From assembly GCA_002269645.1 (NCBI GenBank), contig NIVC01001550.1, positions 205,307 to 269,306 on the forward strand: DNA of 64,000 nucleotides, given 5' to 3'. Positions within the stretch are counted from its first letter, which is position 1; each line of letters begins with the position of its first letter. Origin of the DNA: Macrostomum lignano. Lineage: Eukaryota. Under the pieces are notes generated by a model that saw only the letters and a program-made list of their open reading frames with translations, was not told where the DNA came from and made no database searches. This document shows, piece after piece, positions 37,601 through 50,804 of the stretch. The position numbers and the translations under genes are program-made.

Positions 37601-38217
37601 CATTTATTTGCTATCTACTGATGGAAGCCACCCGCCATTTTGGCTCATTTTAATTGCTATTGCTTATTTTGTAAGTAAATTTTTGCAATAAGATTGATTC
37701 CCAAAAACTTTTCCCACAGTACCATGATTCCTTTATGAATACTTGAATATCAGATTTACTACTTTAGAAGCTTTTTTATTTCACGCGGACACAAAAATGG
37801 AAGCACACAGAAATGCTGTGCCAGGAAACTGCTAGAAAATGATATGTTATTGCAAAAACGACGAAATTGGCGTAAAGAAAGTAACAATTTAAATAAAGGA
37901 ACAAAAATGCTACCAAAACAGTAGTAGTTTATAACAAAAAAGCCAACCAAAAAGATCTGCAATCTGAACGAAACTAAGAATTAAACTGTTTTTAACCAAA
38001 GGATGTCGAAGATAAACTTCTCGGCCATTCTTCTCTGACTCTACTGCGAAATGAATCAAGAAGCCAATCAAACACAAAATGTAAACAAAACGAAAAAAAA
38101 TGTTTGAAAACGAACTTCATGCACTACCAAAAAGTTGTTGCTGCGAAAACAAAAAGTGTGTTAGGCTGGAGCACGCGGGACAAACTGCTGTCAGCTGGTA
38201 GACTGGGCTGGGAGACT

Positions 38218-41200
38218 TCAGCCCTCGTAGGACAGTCGCGGCTGCTTGACAGACGAAGTAGGTCCTGCCTCGTCGGCGTTGTCGGCATGGCGGCGCTTAC
38301 AGCCTGCTGGCCTAGCAGAAGGGGGTACGACTGCATTCGGCTTCTGAGTCTGCAGCTTGCTGGCCGTGGCGATGGCTGTCGACTGCGAGGCTGTGGAGGC
38401 GGCGGCGTTGTCGGCAACAACGGTAGCGACGTCTTTGTCCGGATCGATCAGGCGCAGCTGGAAGTCGGCAAATAGACGACGGGAATAGCTGAGCGTGTCG
38501 ATGGCAAACTGGCGTACGGCGCCGGTTGGTGGCCGGTCGCGGCTGGGGGCAGGTCGAAGGCCGCCGGGTCGGACGCAGCAGGACGGGTAGGTCATGGGCT
38601 CGGCAGAGAGCATCCTGAACAGCACTTGAACGTAGAATATGTCCGATTCGCTGCTGGGCAGCTTGTAGCCGTACTGGTTGGTGTGGGGGGGAGGCAGGTG
38701 ATGATCTTCATAAATTAATATGGGTTGAATACATGTACATGTATGAGTAGGTAATGAGTGATGACCAACTCAATGATTCTGGATTTGAGTTAAGTGATGA
38801 CCAACTCAATGACTCTGGATTTGAGTTAAGTGATGACCAACTCAATGACTCTGGATTTGAGTTAAGTGATGACCAACTCAATGACTCTGGATTTGAGTTA
38901 AGTGATGACCAACTCAATGACTCTGGATTTGAGTGAGTGATGACCAACTCAATGATTCTGGATTTGAGTGGGTGATGACCAACTCAATGACTCTGGATTT
39001 GAGTGGGTGATGACCAACTCAATGATTCTGGATTTGAGTGAGTGATGACCAACTCAATGATTCTGGATTTGAGTGGGTGATGACCAACTCAATGACTCTG
39101 GATATGAGTGGGTGATGACCAACTCAATGATTCTGGATTTGAGTGAGTGATGACCAACTCAATGATTCTGGATTTGAGTGGGTGATGACCAACTCAATGA
39201 CTCTGGATTTGAGTGGGTGATGACCAACTCAATGACTCTGGATTTGAGTGGGTGATGACCAACTCAATGATTCTGGATTTGAGTGAGTGATGACCAACTC
39301 AATGACTCTGGATATGAGTGAGTGATGACCAACTCAATGACTCTGGATTTGAGTGGGTGATGACCAACTCAATGACTCTGGATTTGAGTTGAGTGATGAC
39401 CAACTCAATGACTCTGGATTTGAGTGAGTGATGACCAACTCAATGACTCTGGATTTGAGTGGGTGATGACAAACTTTCACCGCAAAAGTCTCACCAGATT
39501 AAGCCAGTAGATCTTAAGTTCTTCGTACGAATTAAATGGCGAGTCGATTGGTAGGTCCTTGCGGATTTCGACTACTTCACCCTTCTTCATTCTGAAAATG
39601 GTTTAGCGTTGCAACGTTGGGTTCTGGGCTTTTGAATGAATGAATGAGAGGCTTAGAAAAGTATAAAAGACAGCAAATAACTAACGAAGGCAGAACGTAA
39701 ACCCATCTGTTGGGAATAAAGTCCTCAGTGATGAAGCTGCCGTCTGTGCGCAAAAAACTTGTGGACACCTCTGCAGGCACGCCGAGGCCATCCAGCTATA
39801 ACAGAAGGAAAGTAAAATTTCAGATTATCTGTGATCAGCCACAGTGGTCTTTAGGTTCCAATAATTTACTTACAGAAAATAGCGGAAGAATGGAGCTCAC
39901 AGGCTTCAGTGTCATATCCAGACTACTGTTAGTAGCGCAGAAATTTACCTCTAAAGAATATTAATAAAATAACTACATGTAGTTGTGAAATTATTCTTGT
40001 AGCCAAATAAAGTACTTGTGATGGACATGTTGGACAACTTACTGACACTCAGAATTGATGAATTGTTCCTTGAGTCCAGGAAGTCTTGACCTGAAAATTA
40101 TAAATAATTTTTTACTTGTCACATCAATTACTAATATTATTGATAGTAAAGATTATTATTGTACTTTTAAATGTATTACGAGTATCTAGCACTAGCAGTA
40201 AATGTCAGTGCTTTATATAAACTTGCCCTGAATCAGCAGGTCAGCACATGGAGCCCAGTTTTTGCTCAACCTGGTTTGGATTGTAAACTTCAGGGCCCTC
40301 TCCAGATCACCAGAGCAAGTTTTTCCTGTGACTAAAATCTGAAAAATATCACATCATTTAAATACTGATTAGGCGCTAACTACTGGCTGTTCAATGAAAC
40401 AATTAGAATATACTTACAGTCAACTTCAGTCTGGTGATTCGACTAGTTATTTCCTTCTGCTTCATGTAATCGGACTAAAATATAAATGTGTATAATTTAT
40501 TTAAAATTACTTCAAGTTGTGCACATGATACACCAGGCCTATTTTTAAGGCAGCACTGAAATCAGTTAAATAGTATAACATAATTTATGAAGTGAGACAG
40601 ACCATTTTAGCCAGTTAGTTATAGAAGGAATAAAGCTAAAGTAGTTTTAACAACTGTTATATTTATAAATTATGGATAGATAATTAAGTATGGGCATATA
40701 CTGGCATACCATAAATACATGTATATATTATTATAAGTTATATATAATGTAAATTGAAATAGGAAAATTGATCATAGTGTAATGTCAGCTTCGACAGGCT
40801 TAAACCTAATATTTTTATTTCATGCAATTTTGATTGTATAGATATAATATGCTGTATGGTTTATCTAAATTTCATAGCTAGTGTAAAATTAAAGAAAAAA
40901 TTACCAGTGGACAAGTTACAATTTAAGTTGCTAAATAAATTTTTATAATACATGCTGGAAATTTTAATGCAGTTATATTTTTAGGCATCAAAGCATTAAG
41001 CCGAAACAATAGCACATCCACAGGTATAAATTAAACAGTGAAATATAACAGACAGAAGCATTACCTTGCCAATAATCACCAAGTGAGTGCAGCTAGGGTC
41101 TGTGCTAGGTGCAACAAGAATGTGTTCGTTCGTTAGGATTAGTTTCCTACAATAATGAGGAGATTGCATTGATGGTTTAAAAATAATTTTAGGATAATTT

Positions 41201-41362
41201 TGGCACACTAGTTCAAATTGTGAAAAAGTTTGATTTGACATGTCAAAACAGTACGAGTATAAAGCACACATTCTATAAAAAAAATCAGGAAAAAATAAAT
41301 ACTTGCCTAGCAATGAACACGTGAGGTAGATTAAACACCATCTGGCTGCCTCCCCTGGTCAT
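38218..41362 (-). CDS. C18orf63: C18orf63/DUF4708 family protein; exons about 41362-41307, 41272-41065, 40474-40418, 40338-40227, 40090-40043, 39950-39874, 39795-39686, 39591-39495, 38673-38218
   Basis: The spliced product contains CRKLILTNEHILVAP, NWAPCADLLIQGQDFL, WVYVLPSMKKGEVV and YWLNLYGYKLP...FRML...TYPSCCVR, which match my recollection of human C18orf63. Phases are consistent if a GC-AG intron is used at 40226-40091. The two 5' exons are less certain. Confidence 0.75.
38750..39472. repeat. 35/36-bp minisatellite (GAGTGGGTGATGACCAACTCAATGACTCTGGATTT), last intron of C18orf63
   Basis: About 20 copies. Confidence 0.95.
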
Positions 41363-42795
41363 AGGGTCTTGTCGATCAGCTTTCACTAGAATCGAAACTA
41401 AATCATCAGTACAGATAGGTTCGAAATTAAAATGAAACGACATTTTGCAGACAACCAATCAATTGCGAAATAAATTCTTTTTCCTTAATGAAGCAATATT
41501 CACCGTTAATCTACAATACGTTCCAGCACTAGCGCAAAAGACAACAAGCCTAGTTGTGTTTGGCTGTTGAACGCGGTGCGCGACCGACGCGCGCGTGCAC
41601 ACTTTGAAAATAATTTTTAAATTTTATCGCTGGAATAAAGGTTTAACACAACAGCACTGTTGCCAATTTTCTGTGTAAAAACTAAAATTTATGATAAGTA
41701 AATTGTAGAGGCAAATAGTTTTTATCGAAATGGTTGGCAAGTTTTCATAAGAGAAATTTATATATTAAGTTGTGTACATATTTAATTTCAATTTCACTAA
41801 AGCGTCAATTTCAAACAAGGCCTTTTTTTATACAGCAGTAACTCACTCAATTGAGCCAGTTGGTTCATTGAAGCCCTTTAGGCTTTAGTTATCTGGTCAT
41901 ATAATATAGAATTATTTATGTGAATCTTTCCTTTGAATAAATTTGCGTCATTTGGTATAAAGTTTTAATAAATATTGAATTTATTGAAATAATAAAATAT
42001 GCGCCGCTCTGACAGACACGGCGGCCGTGTTGTGTCTATAATGCAAAAACTTAAGACACGGTGGCCGTGTCTCTAATAGTAACTAGGTCTATACTTATCT
42101 AGTTACTGTCTGTAACATAGCTACATCACATGTAGAATGCATTTCACTTCCACTGGAGATACAGCGGCCGTGTCAATGAAGCCTGCATATAGTATCGTAA
42201 TATAATATTGAATGATTTCGCACTTAAAAACACTGCGGTCATCTCTTTAATGCAAAAAATTAGACCAGCCACATGGTACATGCATGCCTGAACATTATAA
42301 ACATAACATGGCAGCTGTGCCTATAAGCTTCTGGGAGAATTTGTACAGTATTTGAGCACTATTACATTATTATAATAAATACATAATGTTGCATTTTCTT
42401 TTCATTTTTGTTGGAAAAGAGACAATCAGCTTGAAAATTTTTATGTTAATTTTGCTCCAATGTTGATATTATGCCTCTTGGTATTGCTTTGTTGAGTAGT
42501 CTATATAGCAAGATTATAAAAAATACTGTTTTTGGTTAGGCCTATAGCAATTCATTGGCTAAATTATTAGCTAACCTCAAAAGCTTATACTTTTTCTCCA
42601 AAGATGCTTTCAGGTATATTATCTGTATATAAAATGAAATTATTTTTTCTATTGAAGTAGGGCCTATTAAAATAAAGTAGACTAGAGCTAAAATAAAACT
42701 GCATTGCTATTCATCTATAGTGTGACACTAATGTCTTTTAGCAATATCAATGTGGATTAACAAATATAAAGTATTCTCAAATTCATGCCATTCCA

Positions 42796-43361
42796 ATGGA
42801 TTTGCCTCACCGATTCGAGCCAGTCCTGTCAGCCTGCCATCACCTGCCAGTGGCAAGATTTGCTCAGCTCTGTAGCACTGCCTGCCGCATCTGCTTGCCA
42901 TCTGCAGCCAATGCAGGAGGCAGCGCGCCGCAGTTGCCAGCCGACCCAGCTGAGAAGGAGGCGACCGCGGTGCTGGCCGGCGCCATGGCCGAGTCGCTGA
43001 GCCGCGGCCTGCCGATGTCCGCCCTGCTAGCTGCGCTGGAGGAGCGCGGCCTTTCTGGCGAGCACCTGGCCGCCTTCGCCAGCGTGGCAGCCGAATTCGC
43101 TGATGCCGGAGCGTCGCGCCAGAGTCCCGGCCAGCTGCCGCATGTTGTTGGCGTCGACTGGCGCCTCGACTACCTGCTTGGCCGGAACAGCAACTGCAGC
43201 AGCAGCAGCCGCATCTTGAGTACCACCTGGACATTCTCACCGACTGTCCGGCCAAGCCTCGCCTTCGCTGCAGCCGGCACCAGCTGCAGGACCTGCTGGC
43301 TCAGCTGCGCGAAGCCCTGGCAGCGGTGGAATCTGTGGCCTCCACTGCTGACAGCTCATGA
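42796..43361 (+). CDS. COMMD3: COMM domain protein 3, intronless CDS with an apparent 1-nt deletion at about 43186-43189
   Basis: LPHVVGVDWRLDY is followed, in the -1 frame, by PHLEYHLDILTD...LRCSRHQLQDLLAQLREA, completing the COMM domain. LPH..V.WRL.Y and QLQDL match COMMD3. Confidence 0.75.
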
Positions 43362-43671
43362 ATTTTTCTGTTGGCTAAAATTGGTGAATCTGGACACTGA
43401 TTGAATTGTAATGCATTTGCAGACAATTTTTGTTATTCTGCATTACTTGTGTAGCGCATCTACAGCTACTTCGAATAGTAACAGCTGCGGGCCCAATTTT
43501 ATAATTATATATTACAACGGTTTAAATATGAATTTTAGTTTGCCGTTAGGAAATTAAAATGCTTTCTTTACTACTTGTTGCTTAGGTTATTACAGTAATC
43601 AACTGCAACTGTTCTTGCCATTTAGAGTTTTCGTTTTTTAAAGAATGAAGTATTTTATCGCGATTGAGCTC

Positions 43672-44370
43672 AAAGAGGACAGTGAACATGAAGAGAAGAC
43701 AGTGAACATGAAGTGAGGACAGCTAGTGAACATGAAGAGAGGACAGTGAACATGAAGAGAGGACAGTGAACATGAAGAGAGGACAATGAAAATGAAGAGA
43801 GGGCAGTGAACATGAAGTGAGGACTGCTAGTGAACATGAAGAGAGGGCAGTGAACATGAAGAGAGGACAGTGAACATGAAGTGAGGACAATGAACATGAA
43901 GAGAGGGCAGTGAACATGAAGTGAGGACAGTGAACATGAAGAGAGGACAGTGAACATGAAGAGAGGACAGTGAACATGAAGAGAGGGCAGTGAACATGAA
44001 GAGAGGGCAGTGAACATGAAGACAGGACAGTGAACATGAAGAGAGGACGTGAACATGAAGAGAGGACAGTGAACATGAAGAGAGGACAGTGAACATGAAG
44101 AGAGGACAGTGAACATGAAGAGAGGGCAGTGAACATGAAGAGAGGACAGTGAACATGAAGAGAGGACAGTGACCATGAAGAGACGACAGTGAACATGAAG
44201 TGAGGACAGTGAACATGAAGAGAGGGCAGTGAACATGAAGAGAGGACAATGAACATGAAGAGAGGACAGTGACCATGAAGAGACGACAGTGAACATGAAG
44301 TGAGGACAGTGAACATGAAGAGAGGACGTGAACATGAAGAGAGGACAATGAACATGAAGAGAGGACAGTG
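43672..44370. repeat. 20-bp minisatellite (GAGGACAGTGAACATGAAGA)
   Basis: Tandem copies with 18-bp variants. Confidence 0.95.
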
Positions 44371-44749
44371 CATCTGCAAAGGCGCATGGTGTGCAGTGAG
44401 GAAGTCAGCTAATCCATAAGAAAGTTTTCCCCAGTTTGCCCGGGAAGAAGTGGCCTGACCTGACCGACGGCAGCGCACCACTCGATACACCTGCTGGCAC
44501 ACTTGTGCATAATGCCGATTCACTGTAGTTGATTGCTTTCAATAAACATTTCCTAGTCAGTCTCAGCTGGTTGCTGTTGATCTGTTGATGCCAATTGTCA
44601 AGGTCAAGTTCGGGTCAGCAGCTGCTATCGGTTTTAGCTCGTGGCAGAATTTTTGTAACGTCAAACTTCATTCGGTCCTTGTTCGGGGATTTCTAGAGGG
44701 GGGAACTTTTGCTTCTGCGAAATTCAGGGGAGCGGTGGTAGCGGAGAGG

Positions 44750-45525
44750 CAGATTCAGGGGCTGAGGTGGGAGCGGAGAGGCAGATTCAGGGGCTGAGGT
44801 GGGAGCGGAGAGGCAGATTCAGGGGCTGAGGTGGGAGCGGAGAGGCAGATTCAGGGGCTGAGGTGGGAGCGGAGGGGCAGATTCAGGGGCTGAGGTGGGA
44901 GCGGAGAGGCAGATTCAGGGGCTTAGTTGGGAGCGGAGGGGCAGATTCAGGGGCTGAGGTGGTAGCGGAGAGGCAGATTCAGGGGCTGAGGTGGGAGCGG
45001 AGAGGCAGATTCAGGGGCTGAGGTGGGAGCGGAGGGGCAGATTCAGGGGCTGAGGTGGTAGTGGAGGGGCAGATTCAGGGGCTGAGGTGGGAGCGGAGGG
45101 GCAGATTCAGGGGCTGAGGTGGGAGCGGAGGGGCAGATTCAGGGGCTGAGGTGGTAGTGGAGGGGCAGATTCAGGGGCTGAGGTGGGAGCGGAGAGGCAG
45201 ATTCAGGGGCTGAGGTGGGAGCGGAGGGGCAAATTCAGGGGCTGAGGTGGGAGCGGAGAGGCAGATTCAGGGGCTTAGTTGGGAGCGGAGAGGCAGATTC
45301 AGGGGCTGAGGTGGGAGCGGAGAGGCAGATTCAGGGGCTGAGGTGGGAGCGGAGAGGCAAATTCAGGGGCTGAGGTGGGAGCGGAGGGGCAGATTCAGGG
45401 GCTGAGGTGGTAGTGGAGGGGCAGATTCAGGGGCTGAGGTGGGAGCGGAGGGGCAGATTCAGGGGCTGAGGTGGTAGCGGAGAGGCAGATTCAGGGGCTG
45501 AGGTGGTAGCGGAGGGGCAGATTTA
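44750..45525. repeat. 32-bp G-rich minisatellite (GGGGCTGAGGTGGGAGCGGAGAGGCAGATTCA)
   Basis: About 24 copies. Confidence 0.95.
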
Positions 45526-46004
45526 AGCACTGACGAACATAGGTGGCTGAGACTGCTCTGTACTTATTCGGCGGTGTGAATCTGGTTGTAGTGGAGAATC
45601 TGGGGGGAGGGGGGGCACGTACTGATAGCAAGCGCCATTCAAAGGAAAAAGGAGATACACCCCCATGAAAGAGTCTGCAGATGATTAAGAAGATGTTGAA
45701 GGCAAAAGGGAATATGGGAAGATTATATTGTAGCCAGTTTTCCCTTTCATCTTTAACTGATTCTGCAGCATCCCGAGAGTCCGCCGCATCTCTGAGAGCA
45801 TTCCCCTAGGGCGGATTAGACTTTGGGAATATCTGAGTCCTGCTTTGCCGTGCCCTGTGTCCATAGGGATCGGGGCGATTCCCTGTGCCTAAGATTTACT
45901 AATGCTGGCCTATGCGAGCAGTGGGTAGCTGCTCATGGAGAGAGACGGGGTTTGAGATCTGAGTCTTAATTAAACGGAAAATGATATCAGATCTCCGCAT
46001 ATCT

Positions 46005-46660
46005 CAGGTGAATGCACCTCATCTATCTCAGGTGGATCTGAATTCCCTTCATCTATCTCAGGTGGATCTGAATTCCCTTCATCTATCTCAGGTGGATCTG
46101 AATTCCCTTCATCTATCTCAGGTGGATCTGAATTCCCTTCATCTATCTCAGGTGGATCTGAATTCCCTTCATCTATCTCAGGTGGATCTGAATTCCCTTC
46201 ATCTATCTCAGGTGAATGCACCTCATCTATCTCAGGTGGATCTGAATTCCTTTCATCTATCTCAGGTGGATCTGAATTCCCTTCATCTATCTCAGGTGAA
46301 TGCACCTCATCTATCTCAGGTGGATCTGAATTCCCTTCATCTATCTCAGGTGAATGCACCTCATCTATCTCAGGTGGATCTGAATTCCCTTCATCTATCT
46401 CCAGATGGATCTGAATTCCCTTCATCTATCTCCAGATGGATCTGAATTCCCTTCATCTATCTCCAGATGGATCTGAATTCCCTTCATCTATCTCCAGATG
46501 GATCTGAATTCCCTTCATCTATGTCAGGTAGATCTGAATTCCCTTCATCTATCTCAGGTGGATCTGAATTCCCTTCATCTATCTCAGGTGGATCTGAATT
46601 CCCTTCATCTATCTCAGGTAGATCTGAATTCCCTTCATCTATCTCCAGATGGATCTGAAT
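46005..46660. repeat. 30-bp minisatellite (CATCTATCTCAGGTGGATCTGAATTCCCTT) with a shorter variant
   Basis: Tandem copies. Confidence 0.95.
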
Positions 46661-47227
46661 TCCCCAGGCTCATATCTCATGTGAAATTGCATCCATTCTA
46701 TTCGCTGTACTAAGTTGACCTAAAATAGCTTAAGGAAACTATTAAAGCTTTTACTAGCACCCCATTCACCTGCCGCTTTACCTACGCGAAAGCGTTCTAT
46801 TGGCTGACTAACGTGTAGCATTTGTGGTTCTGCAGGCCGCTCCTCATTGGCTGACAGACAGCGGCTCAGGCTCGAAGGCAATCATAAAGAGAACTGTTTT
46901 TAGCCCCGCTATTAATCCCACTTCTGCAGCATGGTTGATCGATTTTTTTCCGAGGTAACTCGCAGAAGTTTTTTCCACTTTGAAAGCGCTCCCGCAAAGC
47001 AATGCTAATACAGGTGTGAAATCAATGCGAATGTGAAGCAATAACGCTTCTGCTGGCTTCCGCAAGCAACTACTGAACTGCATCGAGTGGATCAGTGTGA
47101 GTTCCTATCGGACTTTCTGTGGACACTGGGGATTTCACCGTGTGAAAAGTACAGTTTTTGTAGAGTGACTAAAAGAAGTGAAAAGTTGTTATATTCGGGT
47201 GTCAAACAAGTGATCTACTACACCAAT

Positions 47228-47966
47228 CTTCACTCCTCCTTGTCACTCTTCTGACCCCCGTTGTCCCTAATTGATAACCACTCTAATCACTCTTCACTCC
47301 CCCTTGTCACTCTCTTGACCCCCGTTGTCCCTAATTGATAACCACTATAATCACTTTTCACTCCTTCTTGTCACTCTCTTGACCCCCGTTGTCCCTAATT
47401 GATAACCACTATAATCACTTTTCACTCCTCCTTGTCACTCTCTTGACCCCCGTTGTCCCTAATTGATAACCACTCTAATCACTTTTCACTCCTTCTTGTT
47501 ACTCTTCTGACCCCCGTTGTCCCTAATTGATAACCACTCTAATCACTTTTCACTCCTTCTTGTTACTCTTCTGACCCCCGTTGTCCCTAATTGATAACCA
47601 CTCTAATCACTTTTCACTCCTTCTTGTTACTCTTCTGACCCCCGTTGTCCCTAATTGATAACCACTCTAATCACTTTTCACTCCTTCTTGTTACTCTTCT
47701 GACCCCCGTTGTCCCTAATTGATAACCACTATAATCACTTTTCACTCCTCCTTGTTACTCTTCTGACCCCCGTTGTCCCTAATTGATAACCACTATAATC
47801 ACTCTTCACTCCTCCTTGTCACTCTCTTGACCCAGAGTGTCGCTAGTGACAAATGGAGGTCAGGAGAGTGAGTTACAAGCAGGAGTGAAGAATGACTAGT
47901 GGTTGTCAATAGTGACAATGGGGGTCAAGAGAGTGATAAGCAGGAGTGAGAGAGTGACTATGGTTA
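47228..47966. repeat. 63-65 bp tandem repeat (about 9.5 copies) followed by about two diverged inverted copies at 47843-47966
   Basis: The unit ...TGACCCCCGTTGTCCCTAATTGATAACCACT... is mirrored by AGTGGTTGTCAATAGTGACAATGGGGGTCAAGAG downstream. Confidence 0.85.
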
Positions 47967-48659
47967 GTGCTTACTAGTGCGAGGAAGTCTGCCATGCAAG
48001 TATCCAACAGTTACGAGCCAGCAGCCCTGGGATTCAAAATGCACTAAAAAAGACTGCAAATTGTAATCGACAATACAAGTGATTGAACGAGCTTCCACCG
48101 CTCTGCCAGGCCTCTCCTCCTCCTCTGTATAACCCATGATCGGTGCTTGATGCACGGTGTGGGAATCTCCCTCTCGCTAATCCCAACTGAACTGCACATA
48201 CTGAGCTTGAGCAAGTCATTCAAAGCTCGTCTGAAGAAGGTGAAAACGCAATACGAAACGCACAAGCAGACTGAAGGAACCGAACGGAGCCACCCCCTTA
48301 GCTCGTACTCGCTCTCTGTCTGCCTGACCGCCTCCTTACTCTATATGACTACTTCCTTACCTTTCTGTATAACTCGCCCTTGCCTCTAATCAGGGTCTGA
48401 GTCAGGAATCTCTAAGCCGAAGGAATTTCTTTGCTCTTCAACGTTGCGCCGTTTTTCTCTTCTCAATCTCTCTCTCTTTGCGTCTGCGTGGGTACCGAAC
48501 GGGAGAGCTGGGGGGAGGGGATTGACAGCTTCGAGGAGCGTACTTTACAGCTAATGCCGGCCTGTAAACGCCACTTGTCTCTCCTAACTTTACTGTGTGG
48601 TAAACGACTGCCCATTTTAAAAGTCTGTGATATCCAGTTTCAGCGACCCTGAAGTTGTT

Positions 48660-48865
48660 TGGCCTTCAAAGTGACCGTTTCTGAAGTTGTCTGTACTTCG
48701 AGGTTATCCCGAAGTTGTTTGTCTGTACTTCGAGGTTATCCTGAAGTTGTCTGTTTGTACTTGAGGTTGTCCTGAAGTTGTCTATCTGTACTTGAGACTG
48801 TCCTGAAGTTTTCTGTTTCTGAAAATATCTGTACCTGAAGATGTCTGTACCTGAATTCCCCCAGC
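48660..48865. repeat. Decayed repeat with a CTGAAGTTGTCTGTACTT core
   Basis: Several diverged copies. Confidence 0.7.
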
Positions 48866-49357
48866 CTGAAGTACATGATTAAATCAGCTCAAACCAAGTC
48901 AGCTTTTCAACATCAATGAATAATTTTCGCTCTTTCTCTTATGCTATCTATTAAATCTTGAAGATGTTTGTCCTGGATATGTACAATGTCTGATTCGCCT
49001 TGAGTAGATAGACTCAAGCCCAAAGTAGACGCAGTTCGTGCAGCATTTATTAAAGCAGACGGGTATGTAAATTTTGTAATTAGCTGAGACAAAATTGCTG
49101 CGGTAGGCAGCAGAGAACAGTATCAATGCCCCCCGTGCTCTGCGAGATTTTGATTGACCATCTTGGTTTGTTTTTGCAGAAGAAGAGATGGACTGGGGAG
49201 GTAAGCTGAGCACAGATGAGCACAGATGCTCACTTAAGTTAAGCGAATGCGAGCCACCCACTGCAATTTGTTGTAGCCAAACTGGGCTCCGGGGAACTGG
49301 TGAAATTGCAGTAAATTTCATTGCGCTTTGAGGCTAAACTTTTCAGTCTGTCATAAT

Positions 49358-50190
49358 CTGACAACAGACAATCTGACAACAGACAATCTGACAACAGACA
49401 ATCTGACAACAGACAATCTGACAACAGACAATCTGACAACAGACAATCTGACAACAGACAATCTGACAACAGACAATCTGACAACAGACAATCTGACAAC
49501 AGACAATCTGACAACAGACAATCTGACAACAGACAATCTGACAACAGACAATCTGACAACAGACAATCTGACAACAGACAATCTGACAACAGACAATCTG
49601 ACAACAGACAATCTGACAACAGACAATCTGACAACAGACAATCTGACAACAGACAATCTGACAACTGACAATCTGACAACAGACAATCTGACAACTGACA
49701 ATCTGACAACAGACAATCTGACAACAGACAATCTGACAACAGACAATCTGACAACAGACAATCTGACAACAGACAATCTGACAACAGACAATCTGACAAC
49801 AGACAATCTGACAACAGACAATCTGACAACAGACAATCTGACAACAGACAATCTGACAACAGACAATCTGACAACAGACAATCTGACAACAGACAATCTG
49901 ACAACAGACAATCTGACAACTGACAATCTGACAACAGACAATCTGACAACTGACAATCTGACAACAGACAATCTGACAACAGACAATCTGACAACAGACA
50001 ATCTGACAACAGACAATCTGACAACAGACAATCTGACAACAGACAATCTGACAACAGACAATCTGACAACAGACAATCTGACAACTGACAATCTGACAAC
50101 AGACAATCTGACAACAGACAATCTGACAACAGACAATCTGACAACAGACAATCTGACAACTGACAATCTGACAACAGACAATCTGACAGC
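49358..50190. repeat. 15-bp minisatellite (GACAATCTGACAACA), about 55 copies
   Basis: Near-perfect tandem array. Confidence 0.99.
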
Positions 50191-50804
50191 TGATGTTGCT
50201 AATCAGATATTGCAGATGAAAACTAAACAAAGATCTAAGAATAACATCGAAGCACTATCGATTAGGATATTGAACTGATTAATTTCCAAGAAAACCTTTA
50301 CAGGAAATCCGCGCAGTTTAAATTTCAAAAGATTACACGCGAAACTCGATGCCCGAAGCGGATGGGGCGGGGCGGGGTGGGCGGGCTCGAATGAAAAATA
50401 TTGAATTCAATTTGCGCTGGGGCAGCGATAAGGCTTCCCGCTGCGCGTGCCCGATAGCAGACTCCGAGTTGGTGAAGCAGGATAAAAAGAAACATGTGGC
50501 TTCGTTGCTCCTTCATTCCTGCCGGCTGAGGGGGAGGCCCGATGCTAAGGAACAGCTGAAGAGGATCAAGAAGAGGATCATTCTCCCCGCGATCCCGAGC
50601 CTCAGCCAGCTATAGGACTTCCCTTCACTAGCGGCTAATGGCAACTTAATCCGCAACCGCCGGGTGCTTCCGCCTGCTGAGTCGTCTGCTCTCCACCTCT
50701 CTCCCGCTTTCACTCTCAGCAGGTTGCCTCCTAGTGCCTTACACAGATTAAAACTGAATTCACTAGGCCTCTCTGCAGTAATCTCGATCCTCACTCGTCT
50801 GTCA

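Noticed and set aside
38750-39472. C/D snoRNA array (GTGATGA in each unit)
   Set aside because: No D box (CTGA) or terminal stem in the unit.
42054-42087. Helitron 3' end (hairpin followed by CTAG)
   Set aside because: CTAG is followed by G rather than the expected T, and no matching 5' TC end was identified.
44370-44523. Short unique minus-strand stretch (QVYRVVRCRRSG...LADFLTAH) with faint kinase-like words
   Set aside because: Too short, no donor site, and no partner exons found.
46844-48652. Short ORFs at 46844, 47964-48389 and 48431
   Set aside because: No homology I can recognise and no clear exon structure.
49239-50278. About 300-aa ORFs (TTDNL/SDCLL repeats) and similar repeat ORFs at 11451, 43670, 45970, 51972 and 60256
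   Set aside because: Stop-free by repeat composition only.
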